A DNA stretch of 64,000 nucleotides, taken from positions 1,088,001-1,152,000 of the forward strand of contig OZ224045.1 of the NCBI GenBank assembly GCA_963665325.3, written 5' to 3'. This document shows positions 48,759 to 60,283 of this stretch, piece after piece. Made by a program: the position numbers and the translations under genes. Origin of the DNA: Alphaproteobacteria bacterium. Its GTDB lineage: Bacteria > Pseudomonadota > Alphaproteobacteria > Bin95. How positions within the stretch are numbered: the stretch's first letter is position 1; each line of letters opens with the position of its first letter. The notes under the pieces were generated by a model. The model was given only the letters and a program-made list of their open reading frames with translations. It was not told the origin of the DNA and did not search any database.

Positions 48759-49487
48759 ATGTCTGACGTACGAACCGTGCTTCGGATCGGCACCTGGAAC
48801 ATCGATTGGGCGAAACCGGGCACGGAGCGGGGCCTATGTGTTGCCAAGCGCCTAGCCGCGCCCGGATGCGATTTGCTGTGCGTGACCGAGGGCTACGCCG
48901 GAATTCTGCCGGACGGAGGTCATCTGATCGATGCTGGCCCCGACTGGGGCTACGCCGCTGTGGAGGGGCGCCGCAAGGTACTGCTGTGGAGCAAGCGACC
49001 TTGGTCCGCCGTCGATCCGGTCGGCTCTGACGCGCTCCCCGGTGGGCGTTTCGTGGCGGGCACGACTGAGACCGATCTGGGGCCTCTGTCGGTCGTCGGC
49101 GTCTGCATTCCCTGGCGTGACGCGCATGTCCGCACCGGCCGCAAGGACCGGGCGGGATGGCAGGACCACGAGGCCTGGCTCTCCGGGTTCGCAACCCTGC
49201 CTTGGCGGGAAGCCCGGAATAGGACCGTTGTTCTCGGCGATTTCAATCAGCGGATTCCGCGATGGAGGCAGCCCAAGCGCGTTTACCAGGCAATGCGGGA
49301 CGCTTTCTCGGGGTTCTGCTTCGCCACAGCCGGCGAACTTGCTGGAACGGCGGAAAGGTCGATCGATCATATCGCCCATACCCCGGACTTGACGCTCGTG
49401 GGAGACATTCGAGTCTGGCCCAGGCGAGGCGCCCGGTTCAATCTCACGGACCACAATGTCGGGGTCTGGGGCGACTTCGCTCTTTAG
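48759..49487 (+). CDS. Endonuclease/exonuclease/phosphatase (EEP) family protein
   Basis: IGTWNI, LCVTE, LGDFNQ, IDHI, TDH; RBS GGAGGA. Confidence 0.85.
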   Translation: MSDVRTVLRIGTWNIDWAKPGTERGLCVAKRLAAPGCDLLCVTEGYAGILPDGGHLIDAGPDWGYAAVEGRRKVLLWSKRPWSAVDPVGSDALPGGRFVAGTTETDLGPLSVVGVCIPWRDAHVRTGRKDRAGWQDHEAWLSGFATLPWREARNRTVVLGDFNQRIPRWRQPKRVYQAMRDAFSGFCFATAGELAGTAERSIDHIAHTPDLTLVGDIRVWPRRGARFNLTDHNVGVWGDFAL

Positions 49488-49891
49488 CCCGACGTCGGCA
49501 CTTGGCGCCGGGCCCGAAGGAAGCGCCCCGGCGAGACGTCCCCGCGAAGCCTTATGCTCCTGCGCCGCAGCGGCCATGATGTGCCGAGACAGACGGGGTC
49601 GGTTCCGGTAGGGAAAAAGGCTGGAAAATTGGCGTTCTAGTTCAAGCCGAGAGTTTGATTATTTGTCTGAAAAATCAACTAGTTATATACAGGGGAACAC
49701 TCGGCTCCCCCGGATATTTTCATCCCCTCTCCCACCGCCGCCCCAGAGCCCTTCGGAATTTAGTGGCACATCCCATTTCGTGGTGAATTGCGCTTGCCCT
49801 ATTCTGTTGATTGCATTGAATTAAATGACTGCGATAGCACCATACGGAGCCTCAATGCCCGTGCCGTTTTAGCACTTCAGGTCCACAGGGC

Positions 49892-50267
49892 CTAGCGTCT
49901 GATTTCGATCAGCAGCCGGCAATGATCGCTCGGTCCCCACTCGTCGATGCCGTTGAGAGCCCGTACGGTCATCGCTTCGTGGAACCCGCGCGAGGCGAAG
50001 GCGTAATCGAGTTGGCGATTGGCGTTCGAGGCCACTTTCTGCAGCCCGGTATAATGTGTCGGGACATTCTTCGTATCATCCGGCGCGCATCGGGCTGAGG
50101 CGTTCTCGAAGAACGGCCGTTCGGGGCTTGCGGACCCATGAATTCGAATCCCAGCGCCGCAAACCGGTCCCAAACCGTCCGCTCGCGTTTGGGCGCTGCG
50201 ATGGTGGAACGTGTCGCTCCATAGAACATGTTCAGGTCGCCGGCTGCGAGAATGCGATGTCGGGACG
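49892..50267 (-). pseudogene. Inverted, 5'-truncated and frameshifted paralog of the EEP gene at 47766
   Basis: Near-identical to about 48270-48644 (HRILAAGDLNMFYGAT...GPSDHCRLLIEIRR); one-base insertion near 50085. Confidence 0.85.
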
Positions 50268-50332
50268 TGATTCCTACGGTATTTGACCGAAGTTCTTAGA
50301 CATTTGACCGCGATTCCTGCGGTACTTGACCG
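50268..50332. repeat. Three tandem 21-22 bp repeats starting at TG; probable IS21-type terminal remnant
   Basis: GATTCCTACGGTATTTGACCG / AAGTTCTTAGACATTTGACCG / CGATTCCTGCGGTACTTGACCG, beginning exactly where the EEP copy breaks off. Confidence 0.55.
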
Positions 50333-50482
50333 CGCGGGCCGGCGGGATGCCGTCTCTCACGGCTCTCTGCGGGATCCTCCTTTGTTGGTTTCGAGGGGCT
50401 GGCCGGAGGCCAGCGGGTTGCGAGCGTAAGCGAGCCCTTTAGCAGGGTAGGCAATGGTGGCGCGAAGGCCTCGGCGAAATTG

Positions 50483-50948
50483 TCAGCTTGGAAGCGTTGG
50501 CAACTGCGAAATTACGCACCAGACGCCGAGGCTGAACAAGACCAACGAGAAAAATGCCAAAATCATTGCGATGAAGAGAACAGGGCGTCCTGATCTCGTA
50601 GCCCGAGGATATGGCGGAGGTCTCCCTTTGGTCAGAGAATGCACCGGAAAAGTCATTTGCCAACTTTAAGGCGGTCATGCCTTGACCGACGAGCGCAAGG
50701 AAGGCCGCCAATGCCGCAACGATAAGGCCTGAGAAGAACAGAATAGCTCCTGGAGCGCCGGCTAGTAAAGTCGTGGTAGTCATCAAGGCGATGAGTGCAC
50801 CTGCATTTAGGGTCATCACCATTTTGAGGATGAATACGCCGGTGTCGACGCCCGCGCGGTCAAGTTGCAAGAGGTGGGCATAGCCCGATTGGTAGAGGGC
50901 GATTCTCGATTCGCGCGATTGGCTGCTAATTATGTCGTCGTTCGTCAT
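50483..50948 (-). pseudogene. Probable 3-TM membrane protein with a frameshift before the last helix
   Basis: TLNAGALIAL and a second TM in one frame; LFIAMILAFFSLVLFSLGVWCVIS...* in another frame. Confidence 0.45.
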
Positions 50949-51032
50949 TTTGTCCTGATCCTGCATTGGCGGGTTGGAAGTGCCGCCCTTGTATTTCGTT
51001 CGACGATCTTTGCAATGGCGGCTGCGTCCAAC

Positions 51033-51520
51033 GTAAGCGATGCGGGCGGAGCACCCCGCTTTCAGCTTGACGGAGGCCTGAAGTTCCAAGGCAGGAGTTC
51101 GTCGACGCGGCTGTTTGGATGGCCGGTGGCGATGGCTTCGAGAGTGGCTTTGAGCCAGGCGTAGTGCACGACACGGTTCAGTTTCGCCGTCTCGATGAGC
51201 GAGGCGATACGTCCCCATGCGGCGGCGCCTTCGTCGTGGCCGGCGAACAATGCGTTTTTTCTCGACAGGGCAATCGGCCGGGCGAGATTCTCGACACTGT
51301 TGCTGTCCATCTCGACGCGCCCGTCGGCAAGGAAGAGCCGGAGGCCGTCCCAGTGGCGGGCGATATAGGCGAGCTTCTCGCCGAGGCGGGACTTGGGCGA
51401 GACGCGGGCACGCTGCTGCCGGAGCGAGTCGCCGAAGGCCTGGACCAGAGGCACGGACCGCGCCTGTCGTTCGGCGATCCGGCGCTCGGGCGTGCTGGCG
51501 CGGATCTCGGCCTCAATGGC
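51033..51520 (-). mobile_element. IS66-family remnant (TnpC C-terminal fragment plus terminal GTAAGCG)
   Basis: AIEAEIR, KLAYI..HW.GL..FL.DGRVEMDSN.VEN..RP.AL.RKN.LFAG, SLIETAKLN, DELLPW; GTAAGCG at 51033. Confidence 0.85.
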
Positions 51521-51597
51521 CATAGACCACAGGTCCCTCCCATGGACTATGGGGACAAGCTACCGCCAAGCCCGTGGTACATTCTTACGCCGCCGCG

Positions 51598-52851
51598 AGA
51601 AGTGGGCCCTTGGGGCCGGACAGTTTCATGCGGCGGATTTGACCGGGGTGCGGGGTTGTTCCTGTTCGAAACGGTCGGGGCTCAGATATCCAAGCGCCGA
51701 GTGTAGGCGTCTCTCATTATAGCTGTCGATGAAGCGCGGCAGGTGCTCGGCGACGTCCTCCGCACTCTCGAAGACCATGACGCCCTCGACCTTCAGCGTC
51801 TTCATGAAGCTCTCCATCATCGCGTTGTCGTAGGGGTTGCCACGCCGGCCCATCGAGCCGACCAGGCCGTGTTCGTCGAGCAGAGCTCGGTAGGCTTGGG
51901 CGGCGTATTGCGAGCCTCTATCGGAGTGATGGATGCAGCCGGGCAGCGGGTTGCGATGCTCGATCGCCGTCGCCAGCGCCGCAAGGGTCAGCCGGGCATC
52001 GATCCGTCGGCCGACCGCGTAACCCACGATGCGCCGCGACCACGCATCCATGATCGCCGCCAGATAGACAAAGCCGCCGAGGATCGCGATGTAGGTCAGA
52101 TCGGCGACCCAGAGCTGGTTCGGGCCATCGACCTCGCGGTCTCTGGAGCGATCGGGGAAGACGGGCTCGTCGTGATCGCTGTCGGTGGTGGCGACGAAAC
52201 GACGCCGGCGCGGCGGTTGCAGGGCATGCTCGCGCATCAGGCGCTTGATCTTCTTGTGGTTCACCACCCAGCCCCGATGCCTGAGCGCCGCCTGCATGCG
52301 GCGCCATCCGTAGGCCTCAAACTCGTCCTTGATCGTGTGCATGGCCTCGACCAGGGCGGTGTCGTCTGCCGAGCTCTTGGGCTTGTCGTAGTAGGTGGAG
52401 CGCGCGATCCCCATCAGTCGGCATCCTTCGGCGACGGAGAGGCCTTCGGGCCGGTGATGACGGACATGGGCGCGTTTCTCGGCCGTCGTCCGTGCCGCTG
52501 AGCCCCCTTTAGGAACTCGAGCTCCAGGGCCTGCTTGCCGACCAGGCGCTCGAGGGCCGCGATCCGGGCCTCGTATTCCTGGATCGTGTCGGCCGCCTCG
52601 GCGTCCTCGTCGAAGGCGCCGGCCTCGTACTTGTCCACCCAGATCCGGATCAGGGTGCGGGAGAGCTCGTGCCGACGGGCCAGGCCGTGAAGCGTCTCGC
52701 CGGCGAGATACTCCTGAACGACCTGGCGCTTGAAGGCGATGCCGTGGGTGCGGTGGGTTCGGTGCTTGGCCATGGGCGTCGATCCTTCGAATGCCCGACC
52801 CACCGGTCAAATCATTTCAAGCCGCCTGTCCGGCCCCAGGGGCCCACTCCA
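51598..52851 (-). mobile_element. IS3-family insertion sequence, about 1254 bp, 3-bp GCG target duplication
   Basis: IRs TGGAGTGGGCCCCTGGGGCCGGACAG / AGAAGTGGGCCCTTGGGGCCGGACAG; GCG at 51595-51597 and 52852-52854. Confidence 0.9.
51626..52773 (-). CDS. IS3 transposase OrfA (52773-52414) and OrfB, predicted -1 frameshift fusion
   Basis: OrfA HTH and leucine zipper; OrfB YGWRR, WVADLTYI, HHSDRGSQY, DNAMMESF.KTLK.E, YNERRLHSALGY; AAAGGGGG at 52510-52503. Confidence 0.88.
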
Positions 52852-53194
52852 GCGCCGGTACATTTCTTGCTCCGCCGTTGACACCCAACTCCCATCACAT
52901 GGCGATTCGGGCCGCCCGTTCTGTGAACGACTTCCACCATAGCCCAACAAAAGCGAGACATATCAATACGTTGCAACGCCGATCAGCGTCCTGTATGTCA
53001 GCCGAACAACAGCCTCGCAACGGTCGGCGCCTTGCTGCATGATCTGGCGGCCGATAGTGACGCGAAGTATGTCGCGGCCAAGCGTTTTCAGGTATCGTAG
53101 TCAATCCGTGGTCGTGCGATAATCTATTGAAAACAATCACGATGATCGGCGGGTTCGGACCTTGTCCGACAACCGACAGGCTGGCGGTTCCGAT

Positions 53195-54235
53195 TCAGGA
53201 GACGCCTCCGTTGCCGTCTTCGGGCTTGTTTGCTCTCGCCGCGATGCCGGCGCACTGCGCGATCAGGCGTTCGAAGGATTCGTCCGTGCCGAGCAGCATG
53301 CCGTCGGCGACCATCCTGGCGTAGTCGTCGGCCAGCACTTCGAGCGCCGATCCTGTCGGGACCAGTTGCAGTCCGCCTGCAACGGCTGCCTTGTAGTCGA
53401 TCCGGTCGCCCGCGGCGTCCTTCTCCGGAAAGAACACCGCCTTGTGACGCGCGACCGACAACGCAAGGCCGCGGTCAGCCAGTGCCCGGTCCGCCACGCC
53501 GGCGTCATCCAGTCTCGCCAGATCGTGCCAGTGCCGCGACATGCGCGCGCCGCGCCGACGCTCCTGGCGGCAATAGACATGGACGGCGGTGGCCTTTTCC
53601 CAGAATGTTCTCTCCGCCAGCATGACCGACGGACCGGCCTCCGGAAACAGAAGCTCTGGCAGGAAGCCGGCCGCATCGCACGAGACGCTCCGGACTGCTC
53701 TGGGCTCGCCGGTCGAGCGTGCGCCGAACTCGACCTTCACTTCCGGACGGACGAAGGCGTAATCCTCGAACAGGGGATCGTAGGAGACGTAGAGTTCCTC
53801 CGCTTCGGCGCGGACCCGAGCTGCGAAGCCCGCTTCCGCGAGGCTCTGCTCGACGATCGGCCGGGCTTCTTCCCGCACCCATTCCGCGAGGTGCGCCCGG
53901 ATCGCCCGTGTCCAGCGCCGTTCCTGGCTGCGTGTCGGCGGCAGGGCTTCCTTGCCCACACCGGCAACCAGGTCCGGGGCGAAAGCGCGGATGTCGTAAG
54001 TGATGTCGACATCTTCCGAAAATCTCCGGATGGCGCCATAGGCCTTCGAGAGCGACGTCCCGCCCTTGAACACGAGGTCCCTGCCGAAAGGAGCGTCGAA
54101 GAGGGCGCGTAGCGTCGCCACCACCCAGACGTCCTTTTCCAGCAGGAAAGCGCGATAGGGGCCCTTCTCCTGAGCAACCCTCAGGGCGTCGCGGCGATCC
54201 TCGGCCGGCAGGAACTGAAACCGCGTCTCAGCCAT
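53195..54235 (-). CDS. abiEii: AbiEii-family nucleotidyltransferase toxin (type IV TA)
   Basis: LEKDVWV, FKGGTSLSKAY..I.RFSEDVD, ERTFWEKAT, SRHWHDL. Confidence 0.9.
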   Translation of the reverse strand: MAETRFQFLPAEDRRDALRVAQEKGPYRAFLLEKDVWVVATLRALFDAPFGRDLVFKGGTSLSKAYGAIRRFSEDVDITYDIRAFAPDLVAGVGKEALPPTRSQERRWTRAIRAHLAEWVREEARPIVEQSLAEAGFAARVRAEAEELYVSYDPLFEDYAFVRPEVKVEFGARSTGEPRAVRSVSCDAAGFLPELLFPEAGPSVMLAERTFWEKATAVHVYCRQERRRGARMSRHWHDLARLDDAGVADRALADRGLALSVARHKAVFFPEKDAAGDRIDYKAAVAGGLQLVPTGSALEVLADDYARMVADGMLLGTDESFERLIAQCAGIAARANKPEDGNGGVS

Positions 54236-54824
54236 GCACGAGACGTGCGCTGACTGGCTCGACCATCCATGCCGGCAGGACCGCTCTGGCATCCGCCAGT
54301 TCGGTCATGTCTTCCGGGGAAAGCCCGGGAAGAGCCGCATCCAGACTGTCGTCGGTCTCCTGCGGGCCGAGCCAGGCGAGGGCCCGAATGACGTCGCCGG
54401 CCTTGCGGTGTGGCGCCAGCAGTTGCCAGCGGGGCGCATGACGCAGTTCAACGGTGGTGTTGCCAAACGTCAGACGACGGTTCGGCCCGGACGTCAGGTA
54501 GACCTCCCGTACCGGATTCTGGGTGGTCAGACCCAGGCGGTTCGCTGCAGAGCCGCCACACGGGACGATGGTCTCGCCCCACAGGGCCGAGAGCCTCTCG
54601 ATTGCCTTGCCGGTGCTGGGCGCGCATCGTCCAAAACGAGTCTCGACGGGACGCATGTACACCCCTTGGCAAATGCGCATGAGGTGCCCGGCGCGTGCGA
54701 GGCGCGCCAGCGCCTGGTCCACTGCCGCCCGCCTGCCCAAGTGAAGGAGGGTGCCCGGGCAGATCGGTGCAGCTTCGGGCTGGGCCGACGCATGCTCCAT
54801 GATTTGTTTCGGAAGGCCGCGCAT
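54228..54824 (-). CDS. abiEi: AbiEi/DUF6088-family antitoxin (type IV TA)
   Basis: VDQALARL...G.L.RI.QGVY, AANRLGLTTQ.P....YLTSG; overlaps the toxin start. Confidence 0.85.
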   Translation of the reverse strand: MRGLPKQIMEHASAQPEAAPICPGTLLHLGRRAAVDQALARLARAGHLMRICQGVYMRPVETRFGRCAPSTGKAIERLSALWGETIVPCGGSAANRLGLTTQNPVREVYLTSGPNRRLTFGNTTVELRHAPRWQLLAPHRKAGDVIRALAWLGPQETDDSLDAALPGLSPEDMTELADARAVLPAWMVEPVSARLVHG

Positions 54825-55142
54825 GGCTCGATTTGGCACTCTCGTATGTCAGAAATATAATGGCGAAAATGTCGTAGGGCAATCGCGGTGCAGAAACCAT
54901 CCGCCCACGTCAGGCTACTGTCTCGCTCCGTTCCGCGGCCGGCAGGATTTTCGCAGGCCGCGGCAAGAATGTGCGGACAGCCAACATCTTGCCGGACGTG
55001 CTAGCTTGATGGGCTGTCGAGGTTTCGGAGCAGGAGCTCGTGGAGCCGGCTGTTCTGAAGGCCTGCATTGCCGGCTTCGAAGGAAGGATGTCCAAATCGC
55101 GTAATCGCAATCGGGAGTTCTGCATTGGTGCGGTGAGCCTCG

Positions 55143-56435
55143 ATGTCGGGTATCGCCGCCGCGGCTCCTCGCCAGGACCCGGATAACGGATCCGGTATCG
55201 TGATTGCACAGGCCATCGCGCAAAGGCCGCTGGTGCTGGTGGCCGTGATGTGCGTGGCCCTGGTGTTCGCGATGGCCGGCTTTTCGGCCTACTGGTCGCT
55301 GCAGCCCGTGCTTCAGCCGGCATGGCAGATGAGCAATGTTACGGCCGGCTGGCTCTCCGGCGCATTTTTCGGTGGCTACGTGCTGGCGGTTCCGTTCCTC
55401 ACCGCGATCACCGACCGGGTCGACGCCCGTTATGTCTTCATCTCGGGCGCTGTACTGTCTGCTGCGGCCCTGGTCGGGCTGGCGTTCATGGCTACGGGTT
55501 TCTGGTCCGCCCTGCCGTGGCGAGTGGTCGCCGGCGTCGGCATGGCCGGATGTTACATGCCCGGCCTCAAGGTGCTCACCGACCGTCTGACGAGCAAGGC
55601 GCCGCGCGCCCGTGCCGTCGCTTTCTACACGGCGTGCTTCAGCGGCGGGACAGCGGCCTCCTATGCGCTCGCTGGCTGCGCCCTGGAGTGGTTCGGCTGG
55701 CGGGGCGCCTTCCTGTTCACGGCGGCCGGCCCGGCCCTGGCCGGCATCGCGCTTGCGATGCTGGTCGTGCCCGGGAAACCGGAGGCGGCTGCGGTGGTCC
55801 GCAGTCACGTGCTGGACTTCCGCCCTGTCTTGCGCTCGCGGAAGACCATGAGCTTTATCGTCGGCTATGCGGGCCACGGGGCGGAACTGTTCGCCATGCG
55901 CTCCTGGATCGTGCCGTTCCTTGTGTTCTGCCTCGGAAGCAGCGCCGAATTCACGCTGAGCGCCACGCTACTGGCCGCCCTCACCTCTCTCGTCGCGGTG
56001 GCTTCGAGCATCGGCGGCGCAGAGCTGGCCCTGCGGATCGGGCGCGTGCGCCTGATTTCGTGCGTGATGCTGGCGACATTCGCGCTCAGCGTCGTCGTCG
56101 GCTTTTCCTCGTTGCTGCCCTTCGCCGTCGTGGCGCTCCTCTGCCTTGTCTATTCCGCCGCGATGCAGGCCGACTCGGCCGCGCTTACTGCGGGAGCCGT
56201 CAACACCTCTCCGGCGGGCCATCGCGGCGCGACGCTCGCGGTGCATTCGACATTCGGGTTCAGCGGGTCCCTGTTCGCGCCACCGCTTGTGGGTGCGGTG
56301 CTCGATCTCGCCGCACCGCTTGGCGGGACAATGGCCTGGGGGCTCGCTTTCGTGACGATGGGATCGATGGCGCTGATCGGTTTTCTCGTGTTCATGTTGT
56401 TGCGCCGGCGCCTGGCCCGGGCGGCGCCGCAATAG
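55143..56435 (+). CDS. MFS transporter
   Basis: About 12 hydrophobic segments; TDRVDAR motif A-like loop; exact start uncertain. Confidence 0.88.
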   Translation: MSGIAAAAPRQDPDNGSGIVIAQAIAQRPLVLVAVMCVALVFAMAGFSAYWSLQPVLQPAWQMSNVTAGWLSGAFFGGYVLAVPFLTAITDRVDARYVFISGAVLSAAALVGLAFMATGFWSALPWRVVAGVGMAGCYMPGLKVLTDRLTSKAPRARAVAFYTACFSGGTAASYALAGCALEWFGWRGAFLFTAAGPALAGIALAMLVVPGKPEAAAVVRSHVLDFRPVLRSRKTMSFIVGYAGHGAELFAMRSWIVPFLVFCLGSSAEFTLSATLLAALTSLVAVASSIGGAELALRIGRVRLISCVMLATFALSVVVGFSSLLPFAVVALLCLVYSAAMQADSAALTAGAVNTSPAGHRGATLAVHSTFGFSGSLFAPPLVGAVLDLAAPLGGTMAWGLAFVTMGSMALIGFLVFMLLRRRLARAAPQ

Positions 56436-56468
56436 ACGCCGCTCCGCCTGCCGATGGTGCCACCCGCT

Positions 56469-57366
56469 CTATTTCAACCGCCCGACATCGAGAGAGAAGA
56501 TCAACGGGAAGTAGGTTTCCCAGTGGCGCCATCTGAGGCTGCCGGCCTCGGAGACGCTCCAGAGCATCCCCGCCTCGTCGAACGACAGGTCCTCGGTTCC
56601 GGCCGCCACCGTGAAGAGGTCGAGCAGGTCGCCGGTTTCGGCGTCGAGGCGTTGCACCACGCCGCCGTCGCCCCCGCTTTGCGAAAGCCACAGGCGCCCC
56701 TCGGCGTCGAACGCGGCGCCTTGGGTGCGGACGTCTATGGGGATGCTGTGCACATCGTCGGCGGCGGTGAGATAAACGGCGCCACCCTCCGGGAACACCT
56801 CGGCGACGGAATAGCGGTAGAGACGCGGTTCGCCATATTTCTCGTAAGCGCCGAACCAGAGATGGTCGGCATGCCAGGCGAGGAAGGAAGGGCCGATCTC
56901 GCGGTCGATATCCGCCCGTCCCAGAATCGCCGCTCCGGCATCGCCATCGGCAAGCGCCCGAGCCAGGTCGATGCGGTAGAGCTTGCCCCGGTCGGCGACG
57001 AAGAGCGTGCCCCGGCGGTCGCTGGCCAGTCCGCCCGGATGGCCGACATCGTCGGGGAGGCGGATCTCGCCGACAGCATCGCCGCTCTTCATGTCCACCG
57101 CGAATACCCGGCTCTCGCCGCGGGACCGCCGGTAGGAAGTGCTCTTGTAGGCCGCGACGAGGACAAGGTTTCCCGCCACGGTCAGACCCTGGGGCACAAA
57201 GCCCTCATCGAGCGCCGGCATCCAGATGCGGCTGACAATTGCATCCGTGTTCGGAACCCGGCTGAGTTCTCCCGGTTCGACCGTGGGCGCGGTTCCGAGA
57301 ACCGCCGTCGGCTCCGTCGCGGAAGCAGTCATCGCACCTACCCAGAAGAAAATCGCCCCTAACAGT

Positions 57367-57374
<8 letters not shown>
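56469..57374 (-). CDS. Secreted beta-propeller protein (SMP-30/NHL-like repeats)
   Basis: Signal-like N-terminus; repeats PQGL.V, PGGLASD..G.LFV, QGAAFD.EG.LW, EDLSFDE.G.LW; start overlaps the ugpC stop. Confidence 0.65.
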
Positions 57375-58458
<1,084 letters not shown>

Positions 58459-58474
58459 TTGCCCTCCTCGCCCC

Positions 58475-59389
58475 CTATTTTTCCCCGCCGAGCAGGCCCC
58501 GGACGAACCAGCGCTGCAACACCAGCACGACGACGATCGGCGGCAGCATCACCATCAGGGTGCCCGCCATGGCCACGTTCCATTCCGGCAGCTCGTCCTC
58601 CGAGGGGATCAGGTTCTCAAGGCCCATCACCAGGGTGCGCATGTCCGGCTCCGTCGTTATCAGCAGGGGCCAGAGATACTGGTTCCAGCCGAAGACGAAC
58701 ATGATGACCGAGAGCGCGGCGATGTTGGTCTTCGAAAGCGGCAGCAGGATCTGGAAGAAGAAGCGCAGCGGTCCAGCCCCGTCCATCTTCGCCGCCTCCG
58801 CCAGTTCTTCCGGAATCGTCAGGAAGAACTGGCGGAAGAGGAAGGTCGCCGTGGCGCTGGCGAAGAGCGGCAGGGTCAGCCCCCAATAGGTGTCGAGCAG
58901 GTTCCACTCCAGCGCAACCTCGACCCCGGAGAGCCAGGCGACGAGATCGGTGAGCCACAACACTTCCAGAAGCTGTTGCAACGGCAGCAGCGCGTTCCCC
59001 GCCACCTCGTAAGTCGGCACGATGCGCACTTCCAGCGGCAGCATCAGCGTGATGAAGATCAGCCAGAAGGCCAGCAAACGGAAGCGGAAGTTGAAGTAGC
59101 AGATGGCGAAGGCAGTGAGCGAGGCGCAGGCGATCTTTCCGAACAGGATGCCGAGCGTCATGACCACGCTGTTGACGCCCTGGGTCGCGAACTCGCCCCG
59201 CTCCCATGCCTTGGCTGCATTTTCGAGGAGTTCGCTTCCCGGAATGAGCGTCATCGGCACGTCGATCACCGCCTCGTAGGGCAGTGTGGCGGCGACGAAT
59301 GCAATCACCAGCGGAAAGCACATCACGAGCAGGCCGACCCCGAGGATCGTGTGGGTCACGGCGTTCAGTATGGGCGTGCGCTCGATCAT
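58475..59389 (-). CDS. ugpE: sn-glycerol-3-phosphate ABC transporter permease
   Basis: MIERTP start, [36 protein letters not shown]. Confidence 0.92.
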   Translation of the reverse strand: MIERTPILNAVTHTILGVGLLVMCFPLVIAFVAATLPYEAVIDVPMTLIPGSELLENAAKAWERGEFATQGVNSVVMTLGILFGKIACASLTAFAICYFNFRFRLLAFWLIFITLMLPLEVRIVPTYEVAGNALLPLQQLLEVLWLTDLVAWLSGVEVALEWNLLDTYWGLTLPLFASATATFLFRQFFLTIPEELAEAAKMDGAGPLRFFFQILLPLSKTNIAALSVIMFVFGWNQYLWPLLITTEPDMRTLVMGLENLIPSEDELPEWNVAMAGTLMVMLPPIVVVLVLQRWFVRGLLGGEK

Positions 59390-59395
59390 CCCGGC

Positions 59396-60283
59396 TCACT
59401 CCGCATAGTGAATTCGACGTTCGATCCACTTGAACTGGACGAACGTCAACGCGACGACGAGGGCCATCAGCACGACCGACTGGGCCGACGAGCCGCTGAG
59501 GTCGAGGCCGACGAAACCGTCCTGGTAGATCTTGTAGACCAGGATGTTGGTGGCGCCGCCAGGCCCCCCCTGGGTCATCACGTTGATGATGCCGAAGCCT
59601 TCGGTGAAGGAATCGGTGACGTTGATGACGAGCAGGAAGAAGAAGGTCGGGCTCAGAAGCGGGAAGACGATGGTGACGAAGCGCCGGATCGGGCCTGCCC
59701 CGTCAAGCGCCGCAGCCTCCACGAAGGTGCGGGGAATCGCCTGCATGCCCGCCAAGAAGAAGATGAAATTGTAAGTGATGCTCTTCCAGGACGCGGCGAT
59801 GATGACCATCACCATCGCGTCTGCGCCGACGATGTTCGGGTCCCATATGCCCGGCCACATATCGTTGAGGAAGGCGAAGAAGCCCACGCCCGGCTGGAAG
59901 ATGAACTGGAAGGCGACGGCGGCCGCCGGCGCCGCCACCGCATAGGGCCACATCAGCACCGTCCGGTAGACCACCAGCCCCCGAAGCACCCGGTCCACGA
60001 AGATCGCCAGCAGCAGCGCGAGCCCCATGGAGATCAGCGTGGTCCAGAAGGCGAAGATGAGGGTGATGCCGGCGGATTCGTAATATTCGGGCGAGCTGAA
60101 GAGTTCCCGGAAATTGTCCAGGCCGACCCACTGGGCGACTCCCCCGAAAGGCGGCTCCAGGGTGAAGGACCAGAACAGCGCCTTCGCCGATGGCCAGTAG
60201 AAGAAGACGAAGACGATCAGGACTTCCGGCAATATCAGGAGATAAGGCAGAAGCCGGTTCCGGAAGAGAACGCGCTTGATCAT
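59396..60283 (-). CDS. ugpA: sn-glycerol-3-phosphate ABC transporter permease
   Basis: LPYLLI.P, WPYAVA, YNFIFFLAG.QAIP, LSPTFFFLL, ILVYKIY.DGF.GLD..GSSAQSV. Confidence 0.92.
   Translation of the reverse strand: MIKRVLFRNRLLPYLLILPEVLIVFVFFYWPSAKALFWSFTLEPPFGGVAQWVGLDNFRELFSSPEYYESAGITLIFAFWTTLISMGLALLLAIFVDRVLRGLVVYRTVLMWPYAVAAPAAAVAFQFIFQPGVGFFAFLNDMWPGIWDPNIVGADAMVMVIIAASWKSITYNFIFFLAGMQAIPRTFVEAAALDGAGPIRRFVTIVFPLLSPTFFFLLVINVTDSFTEGFGIINVMTQGGPGGATNILVYKIYQDGFVGLDLSGSSAQSVVLMALVVALTFVQFKWIERRIHYAE

Larger units (their letters stand above)
51521..52883 (+). mobile_element. Orphan right end of an IS21 #2-type element, interrupted by IS3
   Basis: CATAGACCACAGGTCCCTCCCATGGACTATGGGGACAAGCTACCGCC... 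resumes after IS3 as CCGGTACATTTCTTGCTCCGCCGTTGACA; homologous to 43872-44035. Confidence 0.8.

Noticed and set aside
50269-50332. Possible mini CRISPR array
   Set aside because: Repeats are directly tandem with no unique spacers and there are no cas genes; fits an IS terminus better.
41490-52883. Composite IS21 transposon using the left end at 41490 and the orphan right end at 52883
   Set aside because: Flanks (TTGGGCAGG vs CCCAACTCC) show no direct duplication, and the outer end is interrupted by IS3.
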